From contig JALWRU010000103.1 in the NCBI GenBank assembly GCA_026994095.1, forward strand, positions 1 to 27,726: DNA of 27,726 bases, read 5' to 3'. Made by a program: the position numbers and the translations under genes. Of this stretch, positions 9,018-20,900 are shown piece by piece. The DNA comes from Nitrospira sp. GTDB lineage: Bacteria > Nitrospirota > JACRHL01. Below the pieces are notes generated by a model that saw only the letters and a list, made by a program, of their open reading frames with translations, was not told the DNA's origin and did not search any database. The stretch's first letter is position 1. The number at the start of each line of letters is the position of its first letter.

Positions 9018-10633
9018 GTATCCCCTTTTTTGGATTGGGTCAGGGCCGCCTCGACAAACCCGGTAAAGATCGGATGGGGGCTGACCGGGGTGGACTGATA
9101 CTCCGGGTGGAACTGCACCGCCAAAAACCACGGGTGGTCGGACCGTTCAACCATCTCGACCAGATTGCCGTCCGGCGAAGTGCCACTGATGGTCAGGCCA
9201 CTCTGCAGAAGCCGGTCCCGGTAAGCGTTGTTGACTTCGTAACGGTGGCGGTGACGCTCAGAGATCTCTGATGTGCCGTAGACCTTCTCTGCCAACGAGC
9301 CCGCCAGGACATGACAGTCGTAGCCCCCCAATCGCATGGTCGCGCCCTTGTTGGTCAACTCCCGCTGACCGGGCAGCAGGTCGATGACCGGGTCCGGGGT
9401 CTCCGGATGGAATTCGGAGCTGTGGGCCTCGGCCAGGCCCAGTATCGACCGCATGGATTCGATCACCACACACTGCATACCCAGGCAGATGCCCAAAAAC
9501 GGGATTTGCTGCTCCCGCGCAAAACGGACCGCAGCCACCTTGCCACGGATACCTCGTTCACCGAACCCGCCGGGCACCAGTACCGCATCGACACCGTTCA
9601 ACAGGTCGCCCACGCCGTCTTCCAGCGTCTCTGCATCGATCCACTTAAGCGCCACCTTGGTGCGGGTGGGAATCCCCCCGTGGGAGAGCGCCTCGCACAG
9701 GCTTTTGTAGGCCTCTTTGAGCTCCACATACTTGCCCACCAGCGCCACAACAACCGTCTCTTTCGGCTCCGACAGGGCGTCTACCACCCGTTTCCAGGGA
9801 GCCATGTCCGGCGGCCCACAGTCGATGCCCAGACGTTCAACAATGACCTGATCCAGCCCCTCTTCGTGCAATTCAAGGGGGACCTGATAGATCACCGATA
9901 CGTCGCGGGCGGTGATGACGGTGCCCAGGTCCATATTGCAGAACAGCGCCAGTTTGCGCTTCAAACCGTCGGTCAACGGATGCTCGGTACGACACAGCAA
10001 TACATCGGGCTGGATACCGATCTCCCGCAGTTTATTGACCGAATGCTGGGTCGGCTTGCTTTTCAGCTCACCGGCGGCACGGATGTAGGGGATCAATGTT
10101 ACGTGGGTATACAGCACGTTGCCGCGCCCAACGTCGTAGGGAAACTGGCGAATGGCCTCCAGAAAGGGCAGCGACTCAATGTCACCCACGGTGCCGCCCA
10201 CCTCAATGATGGCCACATCCACGCCGTTGCCATCGGTGCCCTGCGCCCCCAGCAGGATCGACGACTTGATCTCGTCCGTTACGTGGGGGATCACCTGTAC
10301 GGTACCGCCAAGGTAGTCCCCCCGGCGCTCTTTGGTGATCACCTGATGGTAGATTTTGCCGGTGGTAAAGTTGGCGTTCTTGCCCAGCCGCACCGAGGTA
10401 TACCGCTCGTAATGGCCCAGGTCCAGATCGGTCTCGGCACCGTCGTAGGTGACGTACACCTCGCCGTGCTGATAGGGGCTCATGGTGCCTGGATCCACGT
10501 TCACATACGGGTCCAGCTTCTGGAACGTCACCGACAGGCCACGGGCCTCCATCAGGTTGCCGATGGAGGCGGCAGCGATGCCCTTGCCCAGCGATGAGAG
10601 GACCCCGCCGGTGACAAAAATATACTTGGTCAT
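9014..10633 (-). CDS. pyrG: CTP synthase
   Basis: [77 protein letters not shown] and QFHPE motifs. Confidence 0.98.
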   Translation of the reverse strand: MTKYIFVTGGVLSSLGKGIAAASIGNLMEARGLSVTFQKLDPYVNVDPGTMSPYQHGEVYVTYDGAETDLDLGHYERYTSVRLGKNANFTTGKIYHQVITKERRGDYLGGTVQVIPHVTDEIKSSILLGAQGTDGNGVDVAIIEVGGTVGDIESLPFLEAIRQFPYDVGRGNVLYTHVTLIPYIRAAGELKSKPTQHSVNKLREIGIQPDVLLCRTEHPLTDGLKRKLALFCNMDLGTVITARDVSVIYQVPLELHEEGLDQVIVERLGIDCGPPDMAPWKRVVDALSEPKETVVVALVGKYVELKEAYKSLCEALSHGGIPTRTKVALKWIDAETLEDGVGDLLNGVDAVLVPGGFGERGIRGKVAAVRFAREQQIPFLGICLGMQCVVIESMRSILGLAEAHSSEFHPETPDPVIDLLPGQRELTNKGATMRLGGYDCHVLAGSLAEKVYGTSEISERHRHRYEVNNAYRDRLLQSGLTISGTSPDGNLVEMVERSDHPWFLAVQFHPEYQSTPVSPHPIFTGFVEAALTQSKKGDT

Positions 10634-10652
10634 GACACCCTTCTTGACCCGT

Positions 10653-11426
10653 TCATGGGGTGGACTCCCCCGTCGTTTTCATCAATCGGGCGACCTCCAC
10701 CAAGTCGCCCGGCGTATCCACCCGATAGGCGGTATGTTCTGTTGATAACACCTTGATCCTATAACCGGCCTGAAGGAATCTCAACTGTTCCAGCTTTTCC
10801 ATCTCTTCCAGATTGGATTTGGGCAGCCCGGAGAATGCTGCCAGCGCCGATTTGCGATAAATATAGATGCCAAAGTGGCGATAGAACACCCCCGCTGGCA
10901 CCGACAGGTGGGCGCCCTGCTCCCGCACAAACGGAATCTGCGAACGCGAGAAGTAGAGCGCGAACTCCTGCCGATCCCGCACCACCTTGACCACATTGGG
11001 GTTGCCCAGATCGGCCAGATCGTCCAGCGGATGGCAAAGAGTGCCTACTGTAAGCGATTCGTCTTCAGAGAATGTGCGGATCAGCGGCGTCAACATGGAC
11101 GGCTCGCTTAATATCTCGTCTCCCTGAATGTTCAGGTAGAGTTGTGCGTCGATGGCCTCGGCCACCTCGGCAATGCGGTCGCTGCCGGTGTCGTGGTCGC
11201 CACGGGTCATCACCCACTCACCACCAAACCCGGCCACACAGTTGCCAATGCGCTCATCATCGGTGGCCACCACCACCCGATCCACACCGGGAATGGCGGC
11301 GGCAGCCCGATAGGAGTGTTCAATCAACGGGCGACCCAACAGGTCTGCCAGCGGTTTTCCGGGAAAGCGGGTAGAACCGTAGCGGGCGGGCAACACCCCC
11401 AGCACATGGGTGCCAGCGGCGCTCAT
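10653..11426 (-). CDS. kdsB: CMP-KDO synthetase (3-deoxy-manno-octulosonate cytidylyltransferase)
   Basis: [57 protein letters not shown] and VDTPGDL motifs. TAATG overlap with lepB. Confidence 0.95.
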   Translation of the reverse strand: MSAAGTHVLGVLPARYGSTRFPGKPLADLLGRPLIEHSYRAAAAIPGVDRVVVATDDERIGNCVAGFGGEWVMTRGDHDTGSDRIAEVAEAIDAQLYLNIQGDEILSEPSMLTPLIRTFSEDESLTVGTLCHPLDDLADLGNPNVVKVVRDRQEFALYFSRSQIPFVREQGAHLSVPAGVFYRHFGIYIYRKSALAAFSGLPKSNLEEMEKLEQLRFLQAGYRIKVLSTEHTAYRVDTPGDLVEVARLMKTTGESTP

Positions 11427-12046
11427 TACATCAAATTGCCGATCCGGCCCAGACGGGTGCCGGACCAGTAGATAATGACCGCCTTGCCCTGAATCTTTTG
11501 CCGCTTCACAAACCCCCAGTAACGAGAGTCCAGGCTGTGGTCGCGGTTATCACCCATCACAAAATAGGAGTCATCCGGCACGGTCACCCGGCCCAGATTG
11601 TCACGCGGCATCAGCTCTGCCGGGTAGATGTTGGGGTCGTCGTTGTGAGCAGTCGGGGTAATGTACGGCTCACCGTTTAAGTAGACCACCTTGTTGACCA
11701 CCTCAATGGTGTCACCGGGCAGGCCGATCACCCGCTTGATGAAAAACTTGGTTTCATCCTCCGGGTACCTGAACACGATCACATCGCCGCGCTGCACATC
11801 CCGCAGGGCCAGAATGCGGGTATCGGTAAACGGCAATTTGGTGCCGTAGATGAACTTGTTGACCAGCAGATGATCGCCGATCTGGAGGGTTTCCTCCATG
11901 GAGCCGGAGGGGATTTTAAACGCCTGAATAATGTAGGTACGAATGACCAGCGCCAGCACCACCGCAATGGCCAACGCCTCGGCATACTCCCGAAACTTGG
12001 AGCGGGGGGCCACCTCAGGTACCTGTCGTTCCAGTTCTTCTGACAT
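11426..12046 (-). CDS. lepB: Signal peptidase I
   Basis: FKIPSGSMEETL (catalytic Ser), FIKRVIGLPGD (catalytic Lys) and GDNRDHSLDSRYWG; single N-terminal TM. TAATG overlap with lepA. Confidence 0.96.
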   Translation of the reverse strand: MSEELERQVPEVAPRSKFREYAEALAIAVVLALVIRTYIIQAFKIPSGSMEETLQIGDHLLVNKFIYGTKLPFTDTRILALRDVQRGDVIVFRYPEDETKFFIKRVIGLPGDTIEVVNKVVYLNGEPYITPTAHNDDPNIYPAELMPRDNLGRVTVPDDSYFVMGDNRDHSLDSRYWGFVKRQKIQGKAVIIYWSGTRLGRIGNLM

Positions 12047-13842
12047 TACTCGTCCACCCGCAACACCGCCAGAAAGGCCTCCTGCGGGACCTCTACACTA
12101 CCCACCTGTTTCATACGCTTTTTCCCGGCCTTCTGCTTCTCCAGCAGTTTTCGTTTACGGGTAATATCGCCACCATAACACTTGGCGGTAACGTTCTTGC
12201 GCAAGGCCTTGACCGTGGTACGGGCAATCACCTTATTGCCAATCGCTGCCTGAATCGCCACATCATACATCTGTCGGGGGATGAGCTCTTTCATCTTTTC
12301 GGCGATCACCCGACCACGCTGCTGGGAACGCTCTTTATGCACGATAAACGACAACGCATCCACCGTCTCACCATTCAGCAAAATATCCACCCGTACCAAG
12401 TCCGCCAGCCGGTAGTCGATCGGCTCATACTCGAACGAGGCATACCCCTGAGTCGCGCTTTTGATGCGGTCGTGAAAATCGAGAATCACCTCGTTAAGCG
12501 GTAATTCAAAGGTCACCGACACCCGTTCCCCGCCCAGATACTGCATGTCGCCCTGAATGCCCCGGCGTTCGTGGCACAGGGTCATCACACTGCCTAAATG
12601 CTCCTCCGGGGTGATGATGCTGGCGCGGATATACGGCTCTTCCAGTTTGTCGACCTCGTTCAACGGAGGTAACCCGGCCGGGTTGTCGATCTCGACTACC
12701 ACACCGTCGGTGCGGGTTACCCGGTAAACCACCGTAGGCGCGGTAGAGACCAGAGTCAGTGCATACTCCCGCTCCAGCCGCTCCTGAATAATCTCCATGT
12801 GCAGCAGGCCCAAAAACCCGCAGCGGAACCCAAACCCCAACGCCAGCGAAGTCTCCGGCTCAAACACAAACGAGGCGTCGTTGAGTTGCAGCCGCTTGAG
12901 CGCCTCACGAAGGTCTTCAAACTGGGCCGCGTCAGCCGAATAGAGGCCACAATACACCAGTGGCCGAATCTGCTTGAATCCGGGCAACGCCTCGGCACAG
13001 GGCGCGACGTCGTCGGTGATGGTGTCACCTACCCGACAGTCGTTCAACGACTTGATGGCGGCAGTAAAATACCCCACCTCCCCGGCCAGCAGTTGCCCGG
13101 TGACGCTGATGGCCGGTAAAAACGTCCCGACTTCGGTCGTTTCAAAGGTGCTGCCGGTGTGCATGGCACGTAGCAACTGGCCCTTTTTCAAGGTGCCCTC
13201 AATCATCCGTACCAGCACCACCACCCCCCGGTAATTGTCGTACCAGGAGTCGGTGACCAACGCCTTTAGCGGCGCATCCGTGGCACCGGTCGGCGGAGGA
13301 ATGCGATGGACAATGGCCTCCAGAATGTCTTCAATGCCGATCCCCATCTTGGCACTGGCGGGAATGGCATCTTCAGCCGGCAAACCGACCATCTCCTCCA
13401 CCTGCAACTGGGCGGCGGTCACATCTGCCGACGGCAGGTCGATCTTGTTGATGACCGGCACGATCTCCAGGTCCAGGTCCACCGCCTGATAGAGGGTTGC
13501 CAGCGTCTGTGCCTCGACCCCTTGTGTGGCGTCCACCACCAGCAGCGCCCCTTCACAGGCGGCCAGTGAGCGCGACACCTCGTAGGTAAAGTCCACATGG
13601 CCGGGGGTGTCGATCATATTGAGCAGATATTCGTTACCATCTTTGGCCCGATAGGTCATGCGGACCGCGTGGGCCTTGATGGTGATGCCCCGCTCCCGTT
13701 CCAGGTCCATGTCGTCCAGCAACTGGTCCTGCATCTCGCGCTTTTCCACCGAACCGGTAAACTCCAGCAAACGATCCGCCAGCGTAGATTTGCCGTGGTC
13801 AATGTGGGCGATGATGGAGAAGTTTCGAATATGCGAGAGCAA
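12046..13842 (-). CDS. lepA: Elongation factor 4 (LepA)
   Basis: [52 protein letters not shown] and [25 protein letters not shown] motifs. TTG start. Confidence 0.98.
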   Translation of the reverse strand: MLSHIRNFSIIAHIDHGKSTLADRLLEFTGSVEKREMQDQLLDDMDLERERGITIKAHAVRMTYRAKDGNEYLLNMIDTPGHVDFTYEVSRSLAACEGALLVVDATQGVEAQTLATLYQAVDLDLEIVPVINKIDLPSADVTAAQLQVEEMVGLPAEDAIPASAKMGIGIEDILEAIVHRIPPPTGATDAPLKALVTDSWYDNYRGVVVLVRMIEGTLKKGQLLRAMHTGSTFETTEVGTFLPAISVTGQLLAGEVGYFTAAIKSLNDCRVGDTITDDVAPCAEALPGFKQIRPLVYCGLYSADAAQFEDLREALKRLQLNDASFVFEPETSLALGFGFRCGFLGLLHMEIIQERLEREYALTLVSTAPTVVYRVTRTDGVVVEIDNPAGLPPLNEVDKLEEPYIRASIITPEEHLGSVMTLCHERRGIQGDMQYLGGERVSVTFELPLNEVILDFHDRIKSATQGYASFEYEPIDYRLADLVRVDILLNGETVDALSFIVHKERSQQRGRVIAEKMKELIPRQMYDVAIQAAIGNKVIARTTVKALRKNVTAKCYGGDITRKRKLLEKQKAGKKRMKQVGSVEVPQEAFLAVLRVDE

Positions 13843-13891
13843 AGGGGTGTTCCACTTTCGTCCACCGAAAGCGATGGAAATGAATCCCGCA

Positions 13892-13921
13892 AGTATAAGG
13901 GTTTACCGGTGGGAGCCACAA
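13892..13921 (-). promoter_or_regulatory. Candidate sigma70 promoter for the lepA operon
   Basis: Minus strand reads TTGTGG-N18-TATACT, with the -10 element ending 50 nt upstream of the lepA start. The -10 is good; the -35 and spacing are suboptimal. Confidence 0.45.
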
Positions 13922-14006
13922 GCCTGAACCGAAGGGTAAGCGGTTACACAGGAGGGCCGGAAAGAGGCGATGCGGTAAAATTACAGCCCCGTAAGGCGGC
14001 GGTCAG

Positions 14007-14022
14007 AAAAAAGCCGCTCGGC
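14007..14022 (-). terminator. Possible weak intrinsic terminator after the 290-aa gene
   Basis: Minus strand reads GCCGAGCGGC followed by TTTTTT, 6 nt after the TAG. The stem is only 3-4 bp. Confidence 0.25.
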
Positions 14023-14028
14023 AGTTGC

Positions 14029-14901
14029 CTAGGGCAGTAGTAATAACTCAGCAGATGGAGCCGACTCACAACCGGCTCCGGATACCGCCACAATGCGGTA
14101 GGCCACAGTGCTGGTCTGACCGACTACGCTCCGGTCAATAAAACGCGGTTCCGTGAGTGCTGCTGATGTGATCCGCGTCACCGTGCGTGCTGCCGGATCG
14201 GTAGGCGAATCGATACGCTCTACGTGGTAGCCCATCACCCCACTGGCCAGCGGGGTCCAGACCAGAATGACACCGCGCCGTCCCTGACTGGGAGAGAGGG
14301 GCGGGTCAGGGGCCAGAGGGATGGCCCCGCTGGAGAGGGCAGAGCCAATCGTTAGTTCAGCGGTGTAGATCCCCGGCACTGCAGAGGGCGGCATCACGAT
14401 TTGTTGCTCGGTAGCAAGATTATGGCTGACACCGTTGGCATCCACCAATGTCATGCTGCGCACCGCACACACCCCGCCAGTATTGACCGGCGGTTTCCAG
14501 GACAAGGTCACCGGCGTATCGGAGGTGAGCCCTCCGGTGATGGTGTTGTAGGGGGTATGAACCTCCAGCGACCACACCTCTGGTGTACTGCCGGAACGGA
14601 TATCGTGTTTGTAATAACGCCCGGCTTCCGGCTCAGACGGGTGCACAAACCAGGCCTGCACCGGCCCCATGCGGAACGCCAACGCATCATAACCGCCATC
14701 AAAACCGGTGCTCGCTGCAGCGTCAATCCCGGCGATGAGTCCGGTGCCCGCCGACGCTCCATCAAATGGCCCGGTCACGGTGAACTGCACTGACATTGCG
14801 GGCGTCTGGCCATAGGCCCCTGTCACCAACAGTACCGGCAACAACAGGGGTAATAACAGGGCGCCTGCCACCCGGCGACACATGGTGAAAAGGAGGGTCA
14901 T
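14029..14901 (-). CDS. Secreted 290-aa protein with a C-terminal FN3-like domain; partner of the giant protein
   Basis: ATGA overlap with the giant gene's stop and GGAGGT 9 nt upstream. Signal peptide (RR, hydrophobic core, AYG|Q). C-terminal FN3 pattern VILVW...GYHVER...FIDRSV...YRIVAV..AGCESAPS. Confidence 0.8.
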   Translation of the reverse strand: MTLLFTMCRRVAGALLLPLLLPVLLVTGAYGQTPAMSVQFTVTGPFDGASAGTGLIAGIDAAASTGFDGGYDALAFRMGPVQAWFVHPSEPEAGRYYKHDIRSGSTPEVWSLEVHTPYNTITGGLTSDTPVTLSWKPPVNTGGVCAVRSMTLVDANGVSHNLATEQQIVMPPSAVPGIYTAELTIGSALSSGAIPLAPDPPLSPSQGRRGVILVWTPLASGVMGYHVERIDSPTDPAARTVTRITSAALTEPRFIDRSVVGQTSTVAYRIVAVSGAGCESAPSAELLLLP

Positions 14902-17900
14902 GGGTGAACCACCTCCACAAAGTAAGACAGCGCCCCGTTAGGTGTGCCACCAAGCTGAATGAAGTAGGCCCGGAAGGGCAGCAACATATCGCTGGCGGTC
15001 ACCGGCTGGATCTGTAACACGCCGTTCACTACGGTAGAGAATCCCAACTCCGGATTGATCACCCCGTCGGTTACTGCGGTCGTAAACGGCTGGTTGTATT
15101 GCACCACATTGGCCCCATCCACACCCACAATACGCAGGCTGCTGACAGCCACTGGCTGGGCATAGGGATTCCCTATCAGACCGGCGTTCTGGTTGGGGAT
15201 GGCCACCCGCGTAAAGCTGGGCTGGTCCAGACCTTCAACATCCAGCACCGATTGGCGACCGATCGCCTGGACGAAGATCCCCTCACCCGGAACAAACCGA
15301 TCCGGCGTAGCGTCGGTAAAGTCGATGGGAACAAAATCACCACCCGTGGCCGCATTCACCGTCGGGTCCCAACGATAGGCGGTGACCACCGGTGTCTCTC
15401 CGTTGGCACACGCCGGTACCGGGCCCACGCCGGTGGTCGGCGCGTTGGCAGGCACACAACTACCGACCAGTGGCGACAACAGTGGCAGAATGTCCGGGGT
15501 CACCAGCGCACCAGGTGGCGAAATGGGGTTGAGCCCGCGGCGCAGCGCCGTATGAATGATCACCGTATTGGAAAGGGTCGAGGCAAATCCAGAACGAGAG
15601 TAGCCGATCACAGTGACATACAACCGGGCATTCTCCGGCAGATCTGTCAGCGTGAACGTCTGCACCAGATTGGTGACGCCGGGCAACAATGGTAGCTGCA
15701 CCGAGTGAATATCGGCTGCCGTTGCCACGGCCATTGGTACGGTGGACCAACGAATCTCATAGCGCTCAACGCGCCCTTCCGGTGATAAGGGTGAAGTCCA
15801 CCGAAGACCCACGGCATCGTTTCGTACGGTCCCGGCAATCACCGACAAGTCGGACACCGCACTGGGCTGCGTGGGGTTTATGCCCGGATCAGTCAAGGTC
15901 GTTCCAGAAGCCAGTGCCAACGGCGGAGCCAACTGGGTCAACACGCCGTTGTTGCTCTCGTAGCGAACCGGCACCACCGCCATGTAATAGAGCTGCCCTG
16001 GAGAAAGTCCCGTCACCGTGAACGATTGGCGCAGACCCGCCGCCACTGGTGCTGGCGGATGCAGGGCTGCCTGGGCGAGGGAGAAGCAGATCTGGCCTGC
16101 CAGCGCCGCACAATCGGCCACTGCGCTGTCGTCCACAATCGGGGTCGATGCCACACGGACTTCGTAACCGACCGGGTTGCCGGTGGGAACCGTCCAACTT
16201 AAGGTCAGGGCATTCTGTCCGCGACTGCTGACCACCAGATCGCCGATGGCCGATGGTACCGCGCTGGCGGTTCGTAGGCTGGGCACGTTGGAAATCGGCG
16301 CGTACTGCGTGCTGTCTTCATCTTCACCCTTCACGGCAAAGTAGTATGTCGTACCAGCATTCAGGCCAGTCACCAGGAAGCTGTTACTGACACCTCGGGT
16401 ATTGCCCGCTCCATCCACAGACGGAGTGAGTCGCTCGGTACGGGGCACCCGATCAAACGGAGTGAAGAAGTTGTTGTTACCACCCACCTCGGAGATATTA
16501 ATGGTGGAAATTCGCAGATCGTAAGACTGCACCGGGCCGTTAGCGGGCACCCCGGCGTCGTCAGCAACACCGGTCCAGCTCAACTGGATCATGGTCTCCG
16601 GGTTGGCTCCGGCCACGGCGGCAAGGTCGGTCACCGCCTCCGGTGGAACCGGATCGGCTGCCAGAGTCGTCACCGTCAGGACATTCGACAGCGCGGATAC
16701 ATTGACCCGCAACGACTCCTGCCCGTTCGCCAGTTTCAGGCTGGGACGATCACCGGTCTTCAACGCAACGGTATAGCTTCCTACCGCACCAAAATCGACC
16801 ACTACCTGCTGGACTGTTCCGGCAACCCCCGGCAACGGCGGGTTTGGCACCTGGTTGGCATCCGAGAAACGTATCTCCCCAGGCAGCACAGTCGCGTCGT
16901 CGTCCACGATGGTGAGGTGAGACCAACGGATATCGTAGCCTCCGGCCTGCCCGTCGGTTGCCCCATTGTCGCCGGGTGCTGCCCACTGGACTGTAGCACT
17001 GGCTGAGCCGACCCCAACCTGGCTCAACGATACTGCTGCAGGGGCTGCCGCGTCAGTACGGTAAGCCACCGTACCGGTTCTGCCAAAGTGGTTCACCAGG
17101 TCGGGCTTACCCGGCCGTGATGCCCGCAGTACATGATTGGTAGTGGCGTTAGTAAGCTCATCTGCTGTCGACCAGCCAAACCCGTTCCAGCGATACAGAT
17201 AGGTCGTCTGTATTTTAGGGGCAGAGTTATCGGTGATTCCGTCATCGACTACGACTACTGCCAGCATGTCGTTTGACTCTGGATCCTTGGAGATATCGAC
17301 TGATGTCTGGATCGGACCATGAATTGGCAGGTCCACACCCACCTGCCAGACACCTTGCGGCGCTGCAGATGCCTCCCAGGTCCGGTACTGAATATTGCCC
17401 CGGAATGTCTTAAACCTGCTGACAGCAAAACCGTACAGCGCAACCAGCTTGGTGGGTGATACCCATTCCAGATCAAAGTTTTGGGCCTCTTTTACCTGGC
17501 TGGACGGACCCAGCGCCAAACGCGGGGAAAGCACTGTACCGGAACTGGGAACCCAGCCACCATCCCAGAATGTTGCTACCAACGATCGGTTAAAGTTGGT
17601 CCGGTTAAAGAAAGCCCCGGCCACAGCAATACGGTTTCCAACCGGTGCTGCCCGTGCCGCCAGGAAGGTCGGACCCCGCCCTGGCTGGAGTACAAGACTG
17701 GAGGACGGCTGTACAAATGGCCCGGCCCATCCGTTGACCGGATCCCAAGTGGCTGCCTGCAAATTATCCGGCGTATCGGTACCCCAAAAGGCCACCGCGC
17801 GACCACTCTGGGACTCCCACGCCCCATCGAAGCTGGCCTTGACGAATTCAACCGGGTCCGAGTTCGATGGGCCCTGTGCCGCGTTGTTAGTCAACAAACT

Positions 17901-20900
17901 GCCCGGACCATTCACATCAAACTGGCTGATAAACGCGCCGCTGGTGCCCGCAGCACCATCCCAGATGATGGCCTGAACCTCCATGTTGTGGGTGACATAC
18001 ATCACCAGAATGCGCTGGCTGCCCTTTTGCGGTATCAGTCGCACCCACAGGGGGCGACCGTTGGCATTGGGAGATACCCCACCGATTGATACCACACCAC
18101 CCACATCTGCCACACCCTGCTTCAAACGGACAAAGCTCAGGCCAGGACCGCTGCCATAGACTACCAGCCCGGCACCCGCGCCAGCCTGCTCGTAGGCGAT
18201 ATCAAACGGGTGACCATGCCACTCGGGTGTAGGGAAACCGACACTCGTCAACTCCGCCTGAGTAAAAACAGCGTTCCAGTCGGTCGAGCCGGGTAGCCGG
18301 CGGTAGACCCGCAGGTGAGGCTGGAAATTTTGATCCTTGTAGCGGGCCACAGCCAGCATATACTCGCCTGGGTTGACCGGATTCGAATGAAGCTTGAGTT
18401 GATAATCGGTGGAAGCCGCAGCGTGCGGGAGTTGGGTGCCTGCCGGGTTGGATGCTAATGCCGGGCCGATCGGCCCAACCCCGGCCCAGTCACGCACCTC
18501 CAGTCCATTGGTACCGATCCCCGCAAGATAGGCAACCACTGCATCGCCGTGGCGCGCCGGGGGCTCGACAGGTACCAGAATCCGTCCGACACCTCCATCC
18601 TCGTTGACCAGTTTCAACTCCATGGTGCCACTGGCAGAGGCGGCGGCATCGTACACTATCCGAACCAGATTGCTGGCAATCCAGGCTGGCTGACTACCTG
18701 GTGCGGGATCAAAGTCCCGCAGGGTAATACCGGGGGTAAACACCTCGACTCTCACATCCCGGTCGATGTTGCCACCGTTAATCAGCATGGAAGTAGCAAC
18801 CGTATTACTGGTCACTACCGCCGGCTGGGTAGAGGACAGTACCGGCGACGCGCTGATGATTAGCGCATCTGCCAGGGTATCCTGACCAGCCGCCGACGTA
18901 ACGGTTACTGCAGCAGCGCCCGGTACGGTATCCGGTGGCATGGTCAACGAGAAGGTGACGAGGCCATCGTTCACAACACTCATATTGCTCACGGCCAGAC
19001 CCGCCCGATCAAAGGACACTGCCAAATTAGCAGCCGTAAACCCTTTGCCCAGTAACTGAATATTGTGGACGATTCGGGGCATCCAGCCGATCAGCCCCAG
19101 ACGGTTGACACTGTTTGGCACCAGGATGGCACCCACAGTCGGCCCAACACCGTTAGAGACCAGCAGGAAATTGCGCTGCTCGGCAACGGCTCCGTCGCCA
19201 TTGATGACACGAACCGTGCGCATGCCAGGCAGCGCGGTTCCCCCCACCGTTACAGAATAGGACACGGAGGTAGAGGTCGCGCTTACCCCGGAAGTTTGAA
19301 TCGTACTATCAATACTGCCATCGGCATTCAGGAAGATGACCTGCGGGGTGCCGCTGAAGCCCTGCCCCGACATGCTATCGCCAAGGGTGGCACCTACATT
19401 TACCGCCACCGCAGTACGGGCGTTAATGGTGAACCCGGATGTCACCTCCAGCATGTTGGACTGGCTCTTGCGGCCCCGATCCTTGTTGGCAATAGTGATC
19501 GCGTGACTACCGATCGATGCATCGGTCTCTACCAGTACGGTCGCAATCAACAGGTTGGGGGTCTGCGGTTGCACCGATAGCACCCGCACACCGGCGTCGC
19601 CCAGTCCCCGGTCACAGTCACCACCGATACAAACCCGCGGATTGATCGTGTCAAAGTTAAATCCGGAGATGCTCAGGTCCACCTGGGTGCCACGAATTAC
19701 CGAGCTCGGCGTCACCTGTGAGATGACCGGCGCAGGTGTCACAGTAAACGGATGGCTGGAATTGGTACCGTCCGGGTTCTGGACAGTAATCGTACCCACT
19801 CCAACGTCGGTACCGCTCACCACCCGAATCTGCATTTGACCAGACGTCACTGTCGTACCACCCACATCGATGGAACGGAAGTTAGCCAACTTGGACAAAC
19901 TGCTCGGGGTGCTGCTATCCAACGGGTTATTAGAGGAGCTCAGCCGCTCTACCCCCTCGGCGCTAAACGAAATGTCGTGCAACGACAGATCGGACGACAT
20001 GCCCTGCCCACCCAGCAGGAGTGTAACCCCGGTCGAACGACCGGATACCACAGTACCTCCACCCACACCCACCACCGATGGGGTGACTGACTGAAGGATC
20101 AGTTTCGGACCCACACCAAAGCCGTTGAGCAGCACACCAGACGGTCGGGTACTACGGTTGGTCACGGTCAGATCCCGCGGGCCCACAACGGCATCATTAT
20201 CGGCCCGTGCAGTAATCTGAATCTGGGTGGAATCAACCACCGTAGTACTCAGTACAGTAACCCCGGCACCCAAATCGACCACCGCATCAGAGATGAAGTT
20301 TTTACCAGTGATGGTATAGCTTCCGGTAAGCCCCGGCTTCAGCCCCGAAGTTGGCGACCGCGAAATCACCACCGGCTGAGGATTACCGACCCACGGGGTA
20401 AACAGATCTTCACCGCCATCGGCGTTGGTCACCCGCAAAGTAGTAGACGTTGTTGCAATATCGGTCGGTACGGTCACGGTAGCGGTCAATACCCCGTTGT
20501 TTACCGAGGTCACCCCGACCTGTATCTGCTGGTCGTCCAATGAGATCACCGCACCCGGCTGCAGGTTGCTACCGGTAACGGTAATAACAAACGTCTCCTG
20601 ACCCCGATCGGGTACCACCGTGGCGATGACCGGCGCCGGGTTAATGCGGATACCGCCAACGACAGTGCTGCTACCGGCTGCACCAGTAACGGTCACATCC
20701 ACCAGGCCGCTGGTCACGACGGTGGTATCAAACAGCACATCCAGATGCTGCTCTGCCGCCGGGTTCGGCTCGCAGCCAACAAACTGCTGAGCAGGGGGAT
20801 CGGTGGCTACCCCCGGACAACCGCCCGGCGCAAACCGCATGGAGACCCCCGGGCTGGTACTTACTCCGGTGACATTAAACGCCCCCGGAACTCCAAAATC

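Noticed and set aside
9018-9131. N-terminal extension of kdsA in the ORF track
   Set aside because: It overlaps the pyrG 3' end by more than 100 nt. KdsA homology starts at GTG 9017, which has an SD and a GTGA coupling.
9311-10597. 428-aa plus-strand ORF
   Set aside because: Antisense shadow of pyrG, expected from GC-rich codon bias; no recognisable motifs. The same applies to the other short overlapping ORFs in the track.
13843-14028. Possible riboswitch or ncRNA (c-di-GMP-I, 6S) between the giant operon and lepA
   Set aside because: No consensus elements could be matched by eye; only short hairpins and a promoter-like site. An Rfam/Infernal scan would settle it.
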